DNA from: Alphaproteobacteria bacterium
GTDB taxonomy: Bacteria; Pseudomonadota; Alphaproteobacteria; DSM-16000; Inquilinaceae
Assembly: GCA_029263555.1 (NCBI GenBank)
Contig: JAJUFW010000001.1
Span: 1-32,799, forward strand
Direction: 5' to 3'
DNA: 32,799 bases
Both the position numbers and the translations under genes were made by a program. The notes beneath the pieces are model-generated. The model was not told where the DNA came from. It did not search any database and worked only from the letters and a program-made list of their open reading frames with translations. Below, piece after piece: positions 16,173-25,031 of the stretch; position 1 is the stretch's first letter; each line of letters begins with the position of its first letter.

Positions 16173-16948
16173 GCGTCGCCATCACCAAGAAGGACCATGT
16201 CCTCACGATCACGCTGGATCGGCCCGACCAGCTGAACGCGATCGATCCGGAGACGAGGGCGGGGCTAGTCGAGGCGTGGCGGTCGTTCCGGGAGGACGAC
16301 GACGCGTGGGTCGCCATTCTGACCGGGCGCGGCGAGAAGGCGTTCTGCGTCGGCTCCGACCTAAAGAAGACGATGCCGCCGGACGGCAGCTTCGCGGCGA
16401 CGCATTTCAGCGCAGCCGGCGGCGACGAGCTGTGGCGGCCGCTGCAGAACCTTTGGAAGCCGGTGATCGCGGCGATCAACGGCTATGCCTTCGGGGGCGG
16501 CCTGGAACTGGCGCTCGCCTGCGATCTCAGGATCGCCTCGACCAATGCGGTCTTCGCGCAGTCTGAGGTGCGGGTCGGCTCGATGGTCGGCGCCGGGGGC
16601 GCCATCCGGCTGATGCGCGTGGCGCCGCCGGCGGTGGCGATGAAGATGCTGCTCACCGGCGACCGGGTCAGCGCGGAAGAGGCCTATCGCATCGGCCTCG
16701 TCAGCGATCTGTGCCAGCCGCACGAGCTGATGGCCAAGGCCGAGGAGATCGCCGAGCAGATCTGCCGGAACGCGCCGCTGGCGGTGCGTGCGACGAAGAT
16801 GGCCGCCGTTCTCGGCCAGTCGATGCCGGTCGACCAGGGGCTCGAGGTCGAGCGGCTGCTCTGGGGCCTGCTGCGCAATACCGAGGACCGCATCGAGGGA
16901 CGCCGGGCCTTCGCCGAGAAGCGTGCGCCGAACTGGCGGGGCGCGTGA
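16169..16948 (+). CDS. Enoyl-CoA hydratase/isomerase (crotonase) family protein, 259 aa
   Basis: ATGA overlap at 16169-16172. Crotonase motifs ILTGRGEKAFCVGSDL and INGYAFGGGLELALACDLRIAS. Confidence 0.9.
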   Translation: MSVAITKKDHVLTITLDRPDQLNAIDPETRAGLVEAWRSFREDDDAWVAILTGRGEKAFCVGSDLKKTMPPDGSFAATHFSAAGGDELWRPLQNLWKPVIAAINGYAFGGGLELALACDLRIASTNAVFAQSEVRVGSMVGAGGAIRLMRVAPPAVAMKMLLTGDRVSAEEAYRIGLVSDLCQPHELMAKAEEIAEQICRNAPLAVRATKMAAVLGQSMPVDQGLEVERLLWGLLRNTEDRIEGRRAFAEKRAPNWRGA

Positions 16949-18105
16949 TGGCGGGCCATCTGCTGGACGAGCAGATCCGGGTCCCCTGCGTCATCATGCG
17001 GGGAGGCACGAGCAAGGGCGTCTTCTTCGACGAAGCCGACCTCCCGGCCGATCCCGAAGATCGCGCCGCCTTGATCCTCGCGGCGATGGGAAGCCCGGAT
17101 CCGCGCCAGATCGACGGCCTCGGCGGCGCCGATCCGCTGACGAGCAAGGTCTGCATCATCGGGCCCGGCGAAGCCTTCGGAGCGCACTGCACCTATACCT
17201 TCGCCCAGGTCGGCATCGACGAGCCCTATGTCGCGCTTTCCGGCAACTGCGGCAATCTGTCGGCCGCGGTCGGCGTCTACGCGATCGAGCGGGGGCTGGC
17301 CCCGGCGCAGGAGCCGGAAACGGAGGTGCGGATATACAACACCAATGCGCGCCAGATCCTGATCGCGCGGGTCCCGGTCCGGAACGGCCGGCCGGCGGTG
17401 GCAGGCGACTACGCCATCGCCGGGGTTCCGGGCACGGCGGCCGAGATCCGGATGGACTACTCGCAGACCGCCGGAGCCACGACCGGCCGGGTGCTGCCGA
17501 CCGGACAGCCGCGCGACAGCCTCTACATCCCGGAATTCGGCCGGTCGATCGAGATTTCGATCGTCGATATCGCCAAGGCGACCTGCTTCTTTCATGCCGC
17601 CGAGGCGGGCATCGCCGGGACGGAGGGACCGGAGGCGTTCACCGAGGAAATCCTCAACCGCTTCTGGGCGATCCGGAACGCGGCCGCCCGGCATATCGGC
17701 CTGGCGCCGGGTTCGCGGCTGCCGACACCCGTCGCCGTCGCCCGGCCGGCCGGCTATGTCAACTACATGACCAAGCAGCCCGTCCACGCCGAGGACGTCA
17801 GCTTCGTCGCGCGCCGGGTGATCGGGCCGCCGCCCCGCCTGCACAAGGCCTTCGCCTCGACGGGCGCGGTGTGCACGGCTTCGGCCGCGCGGATTCCGGG
17901 CACCATCGTCAACGAGGTCTGCCGGACGGACACGGACGACATCGTGCGGATCGGCCACCCGAGCGGGATTTTCCCGGTAAAGATCACCTTCGACGCCGAA
18001 GGTCGGTTGTCGGAGGCTTCCTATTCCCGCACGGCCCGTCGCATTCTCCAGGGCGAGGTCCTGATTCCCCGTCACCGCCTCGCGACCGGTTCGAAACGCC
18101 CCTGA
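16948..18105 (+). CDS. PrpF-family protein (2-methylaconitate isomerase / 4-oxalomesaconate tautomerase family), 385 aa
   Basis: ORF 16711-18105, trimmed to ATG 16948 (TGATG junction). N-terminus VPCVIMRGGTSKGVFFDEADLP, then GSPDPRQIDGLGGADPLTSKVCII. Confidence 0.85.
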   Translation: MAGHLLDEQIRVPCVIMRGGTSKGVFFDEADLPADPEDRAALILAAMGSPDPRQIDGLGGADPLTSKVCIIGPGEAFGAHCTYTFAQVGIDEPYVALSGNCGNLSAAVGVYAIERGLAPAQEPETEVRIYNTNARQILIARVPVRNGRPAVAGDYAIAGVPGTAAEIRMDYSQTAGATTGRVLPTGQPRDSLYIPEFGRSIEISIVDIAKATCFFHAAEAGIAGTEGPEAFTEEILNRFWAIRNAAARHIGLAPGSRLPTPVAVARPAGYVNYMTKQPVHAEDVSFVARRVIGPPPRLHKAFASTGAVCTASAARIPGTIVNEVCRTDTDDIVRIGHPSGIFPVKITFDAEGRLSEASYSRTARRILQGEVLIPRHRLATGSKRP

Positions 18106-18125
18106 AGAACAGCAGAAAGAAGGCC

Positions 18126-18572
18126 ATGACCATAAAGATACCTAGATCCAGGGATTTTTGGGCCGGCGTGACATTCATGCTTGTCGGGGCCCTTGCGATC
18201 TATTTCGGCTCGGATCTCGCGATGGGCGACGTGCGCCGCATGGGGCCACGCTACTTCCCGACCCTTGCGGCCGGCGGCCTGTTGGTGATCGGCGCGATCG
18301 TGGCCTTCCGGGGACTGGGCACCGAAACCGACCCGGGCAAAGCGGGCGCAGTGACGCCGGTGCTGATCCTGCTCTCCGTGCTGCTGTTCGGGCTGCTGCT
18401 CCGGCCGTTCGGCTTCGTCATCGCAACCGTGACGATGATCGCCGTGGCGAGCCTTGCCGGTCCGCGGATGCGTCTGGTCGAGCTCGTCGCCCTGGCGGCG
18501 GCGCTCACGGCGTTCTCCTGGCTCATCTTCGTATGGGCGCTTGGTCTTCCCCTGCAAACCTGGCCGGCGTGA
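18126..18572 (+). CDS. tctB: Tripartite tricarboxylate transporter small membrane subunit TctB, 148 aa
   Basis: This is the tail of ORF 16788-18572, from ATG 18126 (MTIKIPRSRDFWAGVTFMLVGALAIYFG...). It has four hydrophobic segments and sits immediately upstream of tctA. Confidence 0.8.
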   Translation: MTIKIPRSRDFWAGVTFMLVGALAIYFGSDLAMGDVRRMGPRYFPTLAAGGLLVIGAIVAFRGLGTETDPGKAGAVTPVLILLSVLLFGLLLRPFGFVIATVTMIAVASLAGPRMRLVELVALAAALTAFSWLIFVWALGLPLQTWPA

Positions 18573-18573
18573 G

Positions 18574-20082
18574 ATGGAACTTCTGGACAATCTGGCTCTC
18601 GGCCTCAGCGTCGCGCTGTCGGCCGAACATATGCTCGAGTGCCTGCTGGGCACGCTGCTCGGCACCCTGATCGGTGTGCTGCCGGGGCTCGGCCCGACCG
18701 CGACCATCGCGATCCTGTTGCCGATCACCTTCGGCCTGCCGCCTGCGGCTTCGCTGATCATGCTGGCCGGCATCTATTACGGCGCGCAGTATGGCGGGTC
18801 GACGACGTCGATCCTTGTGAACTTGCCCGGCGAGGCCTCGTCGGTCGTCACCTGTCTCGACGGCTACCAGATGGCGAGGCAGGGCAGGGCGGGGCCGGCG
18901 CTGACCGTCGCGGCGCTCGGATCGCTGTTCGCGGGCTGCATCGGCACGCTGTGCCTCGCCCTGTTCGGGCCGCCGCTCGCCAAGGCCGCGCTTTCCTTCG
19001 GACCTGCGGAGTATTTTTCCCTGATGGTCCTCGGGCTGGTGGCAGCGGTCGTGCTTTCGAGCGGGTCGCTCATCAAGGCGATCGGGATGATCTTTATGGG
19101 CCTCATGCTCGGTTGCGTCGGCACGGACGTGAACACCGGCGTGGCGCGCTACACCTTCGGATTTCACGAGCTGGGCGACGGCATCGACTTCATCGTCGTG
19201 GCGATGGGTGTCTTCGCCCTGGCCGAAATCATGCGCAACCTGGAGAAGCCGCAGGATCGCAGCGTGCTGAGCCGGCCGATCGGCCAGCTGCGGCCGAGCC
19301 GGGAAGAGATGCGGCGTTCGGTCGGACCGATCCTCCGCGGCACCACGCTCGGATCCCTGGTCGGCGCGCTCCCGGGGGCGGGCGCTGTGATCTCGTCCTT
19401 CATGTCCTATGCCCTGGAAAAGCGCATCTCGAAGCATCCGGAGCGTTTCGGCAATGGCGCGATCGAGGGTGTGGCCGGCCCGGAATCTGCCAACAACGCC
19501 TGTGCCCAGACCGCGTTCATCCCGCTCCTGACGCTGGGCATTCCGGGCGGCGCCGTCACGGCGCTGATGCTGGGTGCGCTGATGATCCACGGGATCGCGC
19601 CCGGCCCGCAGGTGATGACGCGCAATCCGGACGTGTTCTGGGGGCTCATTGCCAGCATGTGGGTCGGCAACGTGTTCCTGGTCATCCTGAACCTGCCGAT
19701 GATCGGCATCTGGGTCCGGCTGCTCCACCTGCCCTACCGGGTCCTTTTCCCGGCAATCCTCATGTTCTGCTGCATCGGAGTCTTCAGCCTCAACAACAGC
19801 ACCTTCGATGTGATGCTGATGGTCATCTTCGGTGCCTTCGGATACCTGCTGCTGAAGTTCGGGTGCGAGCCGGCGCCGATGCTGCTCGGGTTCATTCTCG
19901 GGCCGATGATGGAAGAGAACCTGCGGCGGGCCCTGCTGCTGTCCCGCGGTGACGCATCCGTGTTCGTCACGCGGCCGATCAGCCTCGTCATGCTGTCGGT
20001 CGCCGTCCTTCTGGTGCTGACCATCGTCCTGCCGGCAATGAAGAAGAGGCGCAACGAGATCCTCGTCGAGGCGGAGGACTGA
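18574..20082 (+). CDS. tctA: Tripartite tricarboxylate transporter large permease TctA, 502 aa
   Basis: ORF 18454-20082, trimmed to ATG 18574, 1 nt after the tctB stop. Starts MELLDNLALGLSVALSAEHMLECLLGTLLGTLIGVLPGLGPTATIAILLP. It is polytopic throughout. Confidence 0.9.
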   Translation: MELLDNLALGLSVALSAEHMLECLLGTLLGTLIGVLPGLGPTATIAILLPITFGLPPAASLIMLAGIYYGAQYGGSTTSILVNLPGEASSVVTCLDGYQMARQGRAGPALTVAALGSLFAGCIGTLCLALFGPPLAKAALSFGPAEYFSLMVLGLVAAVVLSSGSLIKAIGMIFMGLMLGCVGTDVNTGVARYTFGFHELGDGIDFIVVAMGVFALAEIMRNLEKPQDRSVLSRPIGQLRPSREEMRRSVGPILRGTTLGSLVGALPGAGAVISSFMSYALEKRISKHPERFGNGAIEGVAGPESANNACAQTAFIPLLTLGIPGGAVTALMLGALMIHGIAPGPQVMTRNPDVFWGLIASMWVGNVFLVILNLPMIGIWVRLLHLPYRVLFPAILMFCCIGVFSLNNSTFDVMLMVIFGAFGYLLLKFGCEPAPMLLGFILGPMMEENLRRALLLSRGDASVFVTRPISLVMLSVAVLLVLTIVLPAMKKRRNEILVEAED

Positions 20083-20091
20083 CGCCTCCGC
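20071..20091 (+). terminator. Weak GC hairpin spanning the tctA stop codon
   Basis: GCGGAGG (20071-20077), a 7 nt loop, then CCTCCGC (20085-20091). There is no U-tract, so it may act as an attenuator or stabiliser rather than a full terminator. Confidence 0.25.
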
Positions 20092-20161
20092 TGGGCGAGA
20101 AGACGCGGGGGAAAGAAGCAAGCCCGATCGCCGGGCACAACCATCTAGGGGGAGTTTTCGC

Positions 20162-20773
20162 GTGCCACAGCAACTGACCCAATCGGACATCGAGGAGATC
20201 TTTCCGGAAATCCTCGAGATTTCCGACGAGAAGCTGCGCCTGGGCGTCGGCAGGATCTGGTGCGAGGTCGCCGCGGAGATGGCCTGGTCCGATCTCCACG
20301 ACATCCCGAAGAACACCAGCGCGGAGAAGCACCGGTCACTGGTCGGGCATGTTCGCGGCGTGACGCAGATGGCGATCCAGATCTGCGAGATCGCGCGGAC
20401 GATGCACGGGCGAAGCTACGACCGCGACCTTCTGGTCGACGCCTGCCTGCTTCACGACGTGAGCAAGGCGGTGGAATCGGAGCCGCTGCCCGACAGCGGG
20501 GTCGATAGCGCGGGCGAGGCGAAGCCGCTGCCCGGACAGTCGAGCGCGCTCGGCCGGAACGTGCCGCATGCGGTCTATGCGACCCACAAGATCTTCGCCC
20601 ATGGGCTGCCGGTGGAGCTTGCGCATCTGGTCGCGACGCATACGCATTCGAGCAACGTCCGCGGCCGTACCTGGGAAGCGTCGGCCCTGTTCTATGCCGA
20701 TTTCGCCGATTCGGACGCTGCGCGCAGCATGGTCGGCGGCAAGATGTTCTCCGAGCGCTGGCATCTGGGCTGA
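20162..20773 (+). CDS. HD-domain protein (putative metal-dependent phosphohydrolase), 203 aa
   Basis: GTG start with GGGGGAG 7 nt upstream. Shows an H...HD pattern (GHVRGV...ACLLHDVSK...ATHTH). It lies 79 nt downstream of tctA on the same strand. Confidence 0.65.
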   Translation: MPQQLTQSDIEEIFPEILEISDEKLRLGVGRIWCEVAAEMAWSDLHDIPKNTSAEKHRSLVGHVRGVTQMAIQICEIARTMHGRSYDRDLLVDACLLHDVSKAVESEPLPDSGVDSAGEAKPLPGQSSALGRNVPHAVYATHKIFAHGLPVELAHLVATHTHSSNVRGRTWEASALFYADFADSDAARSMVGGKMFSERWHLG

Positions 20774-20863
20774 CCGCCGTCCGGACGATCCCGTTCGGAA
20801 CGCGGCACCGACGGATCGGCCTGCGCGCGACAGCAGGACGCCGGCGCCTCGAGTGTCCGGGAC

Positions 20864-20884
20864 GGCGCGGCCCCTGGCCGCGCC
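20864..20884. terminator. Strong GC hairpin between convergent genes, a candidate bidirectional terminator
   Basis: GGCGCGGCC (20864-20872), loop cct, then GGCCGCGCC (20876-20884). This is a perfect 9 bp stem between the HD gene stop (20773) and the Rrf2 gene stop (20893). No U-tract. Confidence 0.4.
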
Positions 20885-20892
20885 ATGCCCGC

Positions 20893-21345
20893 TCAGCCGG
20901 CCCTGCCGCCGTTCACCGATTCGACCGGCGCGTCGCGCCGGCGGGCCCGTTCGGCATTGTTGATGATGGTCTGGATGGTGACCGACCGAAGGGTGGCGCA
21001 GGTGATCCGGTCGATTTCGCCGAGAACCCTGGACACCTCGTCGGCGACGGTCGTCCCCCGGGATTCGCCGGCCGTCTCGTTGCTCCACCAGTCGTTCTCG
21101 AACAGGCGGACGATGTCGTACAGCGTGATGCGCCTGGCATCGCCGACGAACATGCACCCGCCGGCCGGGCCGCGGATGGAGCTCACGATCTTGGCATGGG
21201 CAAGCGTCCGCAGCACCTTGGCGAGGTGATGCTGCGACACGCCATATTTCGCGGCCAGGTCCGCGGCCGAAACCAGTTCGCCCTTTCGGGACGCGGTTTC
21301 GACAACGGCCCAGATCGCGTACCGGGTCGCCTGCTGTAGTTTCAT
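20893..21345 (-). CDS. Rrf2-family transcriptional regulator, 150 aa
   Basis: MKLQQATRYAIWAVVETASRKGELVSAADLAAKYGVSQHHLAKVLRTLAHAKIVSSIRGPAGG is a typical Rrf2 wHTH. I saw no three-Cys cluster motif. Confidence 0.85.
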   Translation of the reverse strand: MKLQQATRYAIWAVVETASRKGELVSAADLAAKYGVSQHHLAKVLRTLAHAKIVSSIRGPAGGCMFVGDARRITLYDIVRLFENDWWSNETAGESRGTTVADEVSRVLGEIDRITCATLRSVTIQTIINNAERARRRDAPVESVNGGRAG

Positions 21346-21388
21346 CGGCCCTGTCCTTGCCCCTGATCGGGACTCATCTGGCGGATCG

Positions 21389-21877
21389 TCATGATTCGTC
21401 GGCCGACATTTCCAGTTCTATGTACGGGCCCGCGGCCATTCCATGCATCCGGAAGAACGACATCAGCACATGATCGTCGATGTGCAGCATCGTGCGGATC
21501 GTATCCGCACCGGATTCCCGCAGGAAGGCGACCATTTCCCGGAACAGCATCGTGCCCGTCCCGTGCTTGCGGGCGGACGGGTCGACGCCGATCGCGTGAA
21601 TCCAGCCGGCGGGCGGCGAGCCGAATTCCCAGGCGCGAACCGTCCCAATGATGTAGCCGACGACGACATTGTCGCGCCGCGCCACCAGGAAGGCGCTCTT
21701 GGGATTCGTCCCCTGGCTGCTGAAGAACGAGTACCAGAATTCCGCTTTCGGGTGTCCCGTGATCGCGACATCGATGTCGACCACCCGGGGAATATCCGCG
21801 AGGGATGCCGGACCAACGGTTACAAGCTCGCTCGGGAACTGCTCCCGGGTTTCCAGGCCACGGTCGACGGAAGGCAC
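21389..21877 (-). CDS. GNAT-family N-acetyltransferase, 162 aa
   Basis: ORF 21389-21952. Acetyl-CoA binding region HAIGVDPSARKHGTGTMLFREMVAFLRE. Start moved to GTG 21875-21877, with GGAGAG 8 nt upstream. The 25 codons above it are AT-rich and use atypical third positions. The start remains uncertain. Confidence 0.7.
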   Translation of the reverse strand: MPSVDRGLETREQFPSELVTVGPASLADIPRVVDIDVAITGHPKAEFWYSFFSSQGTNPKSAFLVARRDNVVVGYIIGTVRAWEFGSPPAGWIHAIGVDPSARKHGTGTMLFREMVAFLRESGADTIRTMLHIDDHVLMSFFRMHGMAAGPYIELEMSADES

Positions 21878-22030
21878 GGATTTGTCTCTCCAACGGTCTA
21901 TTGTCGGCAGAACAGATAGTTCTGAATGCCTGCAATTTCCACGTATTTCCATTGTAAATAGAGCGGAGATCGGAGGGCCAGCAGAATTTCCGGCGGCGCT
22001 GCCGGCTGCGGCGGAGGCCGGCAGACGCCC

Positions 22031-22048
22031 CGGTCGGGCATCCGACCG
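22031..22048 (-). terminator. Hairpin immediately 3' of the TAXI binding-protein gene
   Basis: CGGTCGG (22031-22037), loop gcat, then CCGACCG (22042-22048). A second hairpin follows: CTGCCGGC (21999-22006) and GCCGGCAG (22017-22024). No U-tract. Confidence 0.3.
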
Positions 22049-22049
22049 C

Positions 22050-23060
22050 TCAGCCCATCAGCCCGGCTTCCCTGTATGCCCGCTCGGCCCCGGGGTGAAG
22101 CGGCGCGCCGCCGAGCGTTTCGGGCCGCCAGGCGATCTTGGGATCGAAGGGCGAAAGAGCCGCATTCTGCTCCTTCAGGGCATCGGCATTCTCGATGAGC
22201 GCCTTGGTCATCGCATAGGCGAGATCGTCGGACATGCCCGCGTTGACGATCAGCACCGTGGTCGCGCCGGGCAGGGTCAGGTCCTCCGTTATGCCGTCGA
22301 AGGAATTGGCGGGCAGGACCGCGCGCTGATAGCCGAGATCGACCATGGTCTGCAGCGCCTCGTCCGAGATGCTGACCCATTCGATGTCGTGGCTGAACGC
22401 GACTTCCTGGACCTTCGGATGCCCGGGGGTCACGGGCTGGACCCAGACATCGGCACGCCCTTCCACCAGCGCGTCGGCCGCGGCCTGCAGGGCACCGCGG
22501 TTGATCGAGCCGCCGTAACCGTTCAGCGTGGCCTCGTCGATGCCGTGGGCGCGCAGCAGAATCTGTGCGCTCACCTCGCCGATTGAACCCGGCTGGAGGC
22601 ACGAGATCCGGACCGGCTTCTTCGCCGCAAGCGCCTCCGACAGATTCTCGAATCCGGTGCCCTTCCGGGCCAGCATGACGATGTAGTACTGGTCCAGGCC
22701 GCCGGCGAGGGCGCGGACATTCTCCGCCGTCGCGTCCTGAATATCGGTCATGCCGGCAAGCGCCCAGCGCAGATTGGTGCTGAACGTCATGCCGAGCTGG
22801 ATGCGCTGGTTCTCGTTGATCAGCTTGATGTTCCCGACCGCGGCCGCGTAGGGGCGGACGTTCACCGTGCCGCCGCCCGGAAGCACCGGCTGAAGGAACT
22901 GGGCGATCTGAATGCCGTACTGGTACCAGGCACTGCCCGCCGCCATGGTGCCCATGTCGATGTCCTGGGCCTGGGCGAAGGACCGCCCGCCGGCCAGCAT
23001 GACCGAAGCGGCCAGCGATCCGGCAATCACGTCCCGGCGCGACGGCTTGTATGCACTCAT
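22050..23060 (-). CDS. TAXI-family TRAP transporter solute-binding protein, 336 aa
   Basis: Tat-like signal (SRRDVIAGSLAASVMLAGGRSFAQAQD), then GTMAAGSAWYQYGIQIAQFL...VNVRPYAAAVGNIKLINENQ, which is typical of TAXI receptors. It is adjacent to a fused TRAP permease. Confidence 0.85.
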   Translation of the reverse strand: MSAYKPSRRDVIAGSLAASVMLAGGRSFAQAQDIDMGTMAAGSAWYQYGIQIAQFLQPVLPGGGTVNVRPYAAAVGNIKLINENQRIQLGMTFSTNLRWALAGMTDIQDATAENVRALAGGLDQYYIVMLARKGTGFENLSEALAAKKPVRISCLQPGSIGEVSAQILLRAHGIDEATLNGYGGSINRGALQAAADALVEGRADVWVQPVTPGHPKVQEVAFSHDIEWVSISDEALQTMVDLGYQRAVLPANSFDGITEDLTLPGATTVLIVNAGMSDDLAYAMTKALIENADALKEQNAALSPFDPKIAWRPETLGGAPLHPGAERAYREAGLMG

Positions 23061-23090
23061 GGTTACGCACTCCCTAACATTTGTCGTTGT

Positions 23091-25031
23091 TCAGCCGGGT
23101 TGGGTCCCGGACGTTGTTGCGCCGACGGGTTCGACGGACCGGGTCGCCCCCTGCCAGAGAAATATGGCGGCCAGGACGATCCCGCCTGCGGTGCTCACCC
23201 AGAGGGAGGGATAGATCAGCGCCACGGCCGCACCGATCAGCAGGACGCGTTCGACCGGCCGGTTCCTCCGCCGCATGTAGCCGACATTGGCCGCCGCCAG
23301 CGCGTAGACGCCGATCAGCGCCGTGGCGAAGGACACCATCGTCGGCACGGCGTCCCCTTCCATGATCAGGGCGGGCTCGACGACGAAGGCGAAGGGCACC
23401 AGATAGGCCGGAACGGCCAGCCGGACGGTCGTCCATCCGACCCTGGACGAGGAGGTCCCGGCGATCGAGGCCGCCGCGAAGCTGGCGAGCGCCACCGGCG
23501 GCGTAATCATGGACAGGCAGGAGAAGTAGAAGACGAACAGATGGGCGGCCATCTGGTTGACGCCCAGCTGCATGAGCGTCGGAACGAAAAGGGTCGCTCC
23601 CATGATGTAGGCGGCGGTCGTCGGCAGTCCCATCCCCATGACGATGCATCCGACGGATACGGCCACGAGACAGATCAGGAGATTGTCGCCGGACAGCGCC
23701 ACCAGCAGTTCGGTGAAACGCACGCCGATTCCGGTCTGGACGACGATCCCGACGACGATCCCCGCCGCCGCGCTGGGAATGGCGACCGTGATCGCCCGCG
23801 ATCCGCCCGCCGCCTGGGCCTTCCGGATCCGTCGCGGGCCCAGCCGCGACGCGGCCGAGAACAGGCTGACGGCGATGCTGATGCCGACCGCCTCTACCGC
23901 GCCCGCCATGAGCTGCCGGCCGCTCATGACCGCGTAGATGAGATAGGCCAGCGGCAGGAGCAGGTAGAGCTGAGGCAGGCTCTTTGCCAGCGGAACCCGG
24001 TCCTCCGGCGGGATCGGGCGGATGTCGCGGTATCGCGCCTCGAGATCGACCGCCAGGAAGACCGCAAGATAGTAGACGATGGCGGGCAGGACGGAGGCGA
24101 TGACGACCGCGCTGTAAGGCACACCCAGATTCTGGGCGATGATGAAGGCCGCGGCGCCCAGCATCGGCGGCATGAGCTGGCCGCCGGTAGACGAGAGCGC
24201 CTCCACGGCACCGGCGAAATGGGGCTTGTAGCCGGTCCGCTTCATGAGTGGGATCGTGAAGATGCCCGTCCCCATGACATTGGCGACGGCGCTGCCGCTT
24301 GTCATGCCGAGCAGGGCCGAACCCGTGGTGGCCGCTTTCGCCGCTCCTCCGCGATATTTGCCGGTCATGGCGATGGCCAGGTTGATGAAGAGCTGGCCGC
24401 CGCCCGTGGCTTCGAGGAACGCGCCGAAAAGGATGAAATAGAAGACGTATGTCGCCGAGACGCCGATCGGGGTTCCGAAGATGCCTTCCGTCGTCAGCAC
24501 CTGCAGATCCAGGAAGTCGGCCAGGGAGAGCCCGGAATGCCTGAGCGCCGTCGGCAGGCTGGGGCCGGCGAAGGCATAGGCGATGAAGACGAGCACCACG
24601 ATGGTCATGCCGAGCCCGGCGACCCGGCGACCCGCTTCGACGACCATGACGACGATCGCGAGGCCGACCGCCGTATCGACCGAGCTCAGGCTGTCGACCA
24701 GCGGGATCCGGAGCGCCAGCGCCTCGCGGTTCCAGAGATAGTAGGCGAGAACGAGGGCGGAGGCGGCGATGGCAAGGATGCTGATCGCGGCATCGACCGG
24801 GTTGCGGTCGCCGCCGGCCTCCCTCGCCTCGTCCGTCTTCCGGCTCTTCGAGACCGCCGGATAGAGGGCGAAGGTGACGGCAAGAGCGAAGGCCAGGTGC
24901 GCGGGCATGAGGACCAGTTCGTCATAGTTCCCCATGAACACGAACGAAACCTGGACGATCGACCAGAGCCCGGCGAGGAGCATGCCCGCCCAGGCGATCC
25001 TGCGCCCCAGGGCACCGTCGGGAACGGTCAT
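23091..25031 (-). CDS. TRAP transporter fused (small plus large) permease, TAXI-associated type, 646 aa
   Basis: A long polytopic membrane protein, 30 nt upstream of the TAXI receptor gene on the same strand. Confidence 0.85.
   Translation of the reverse strand: MTVPDGALGRRIAWAGMLLAGLWSIVQVSFVFMGNYDELVLMPAHLAFALAVTFALYPAVSKSRKTDEAREAGGDRNPVDAAISILAIAASALVLAYYLWNREALALRIPLVDSLSSVDTAVGLAIVVMVVEAGRRVAGLGMTIVVLVFIAYAFAGPSLPTALRHSGLSLADFLDLQVLTTEGIFGTPIGVSATYVFYFILFGAFLEATGGGQLFINLAIAMTGKYRGGAAKAATTGSALLGMTSGSAVANVMGTGIFTIPLMKRTGYKPHFAGAVEALSSTGGQLMPPMLGAAAFIIAQNLGVPYSAVVIASVLPAIVYYLAVFLAVDLEARYRDIRPIPPEDRVPLAKSLPQLYLLLPLAYLIYAVMSGRQLMAGAVEAVGISIAVSLFSAASRLGPRRIRKAQAAGGSRAITVAIPSAAAGIVVGIVVQTGIGVRFTELLVALSGDNLLICLVAVSVGCIVMGMGLPTTAAYIMGATLFVPTLMQLGVNQMAAHLFVFYFSCLSMITPPVALASFAAASIAGTSSSRVGWTTVRLAVPAYLVPFAFVVEPALIMEGDAVPTMVSFATALIGVYALAAANVGYMRRRNRPVERVLLIGAAVALIYPSLWVSTAGGIVLAAIFLWQGATRSVEPVGATTSGTQPG

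Noticed and set aside
8376-20316. A chain of long minus-strand ORFs: 8376-9890, 9521-10861, 11047-12366, 12323-13492, 13489-14673, 14613-16136, 16684-18075 and 18523-20316. Alternative-frame + ORFs also occur (for example 14870-15958, 18639-19952 and 13482-14534).
   Set aside because: Every one overlaps a + strand gene with unambiguous family signatures and operon-style junctions. The compositions are low complexity (R/G/P/A/D). They are shadow or off-frame ORFs.
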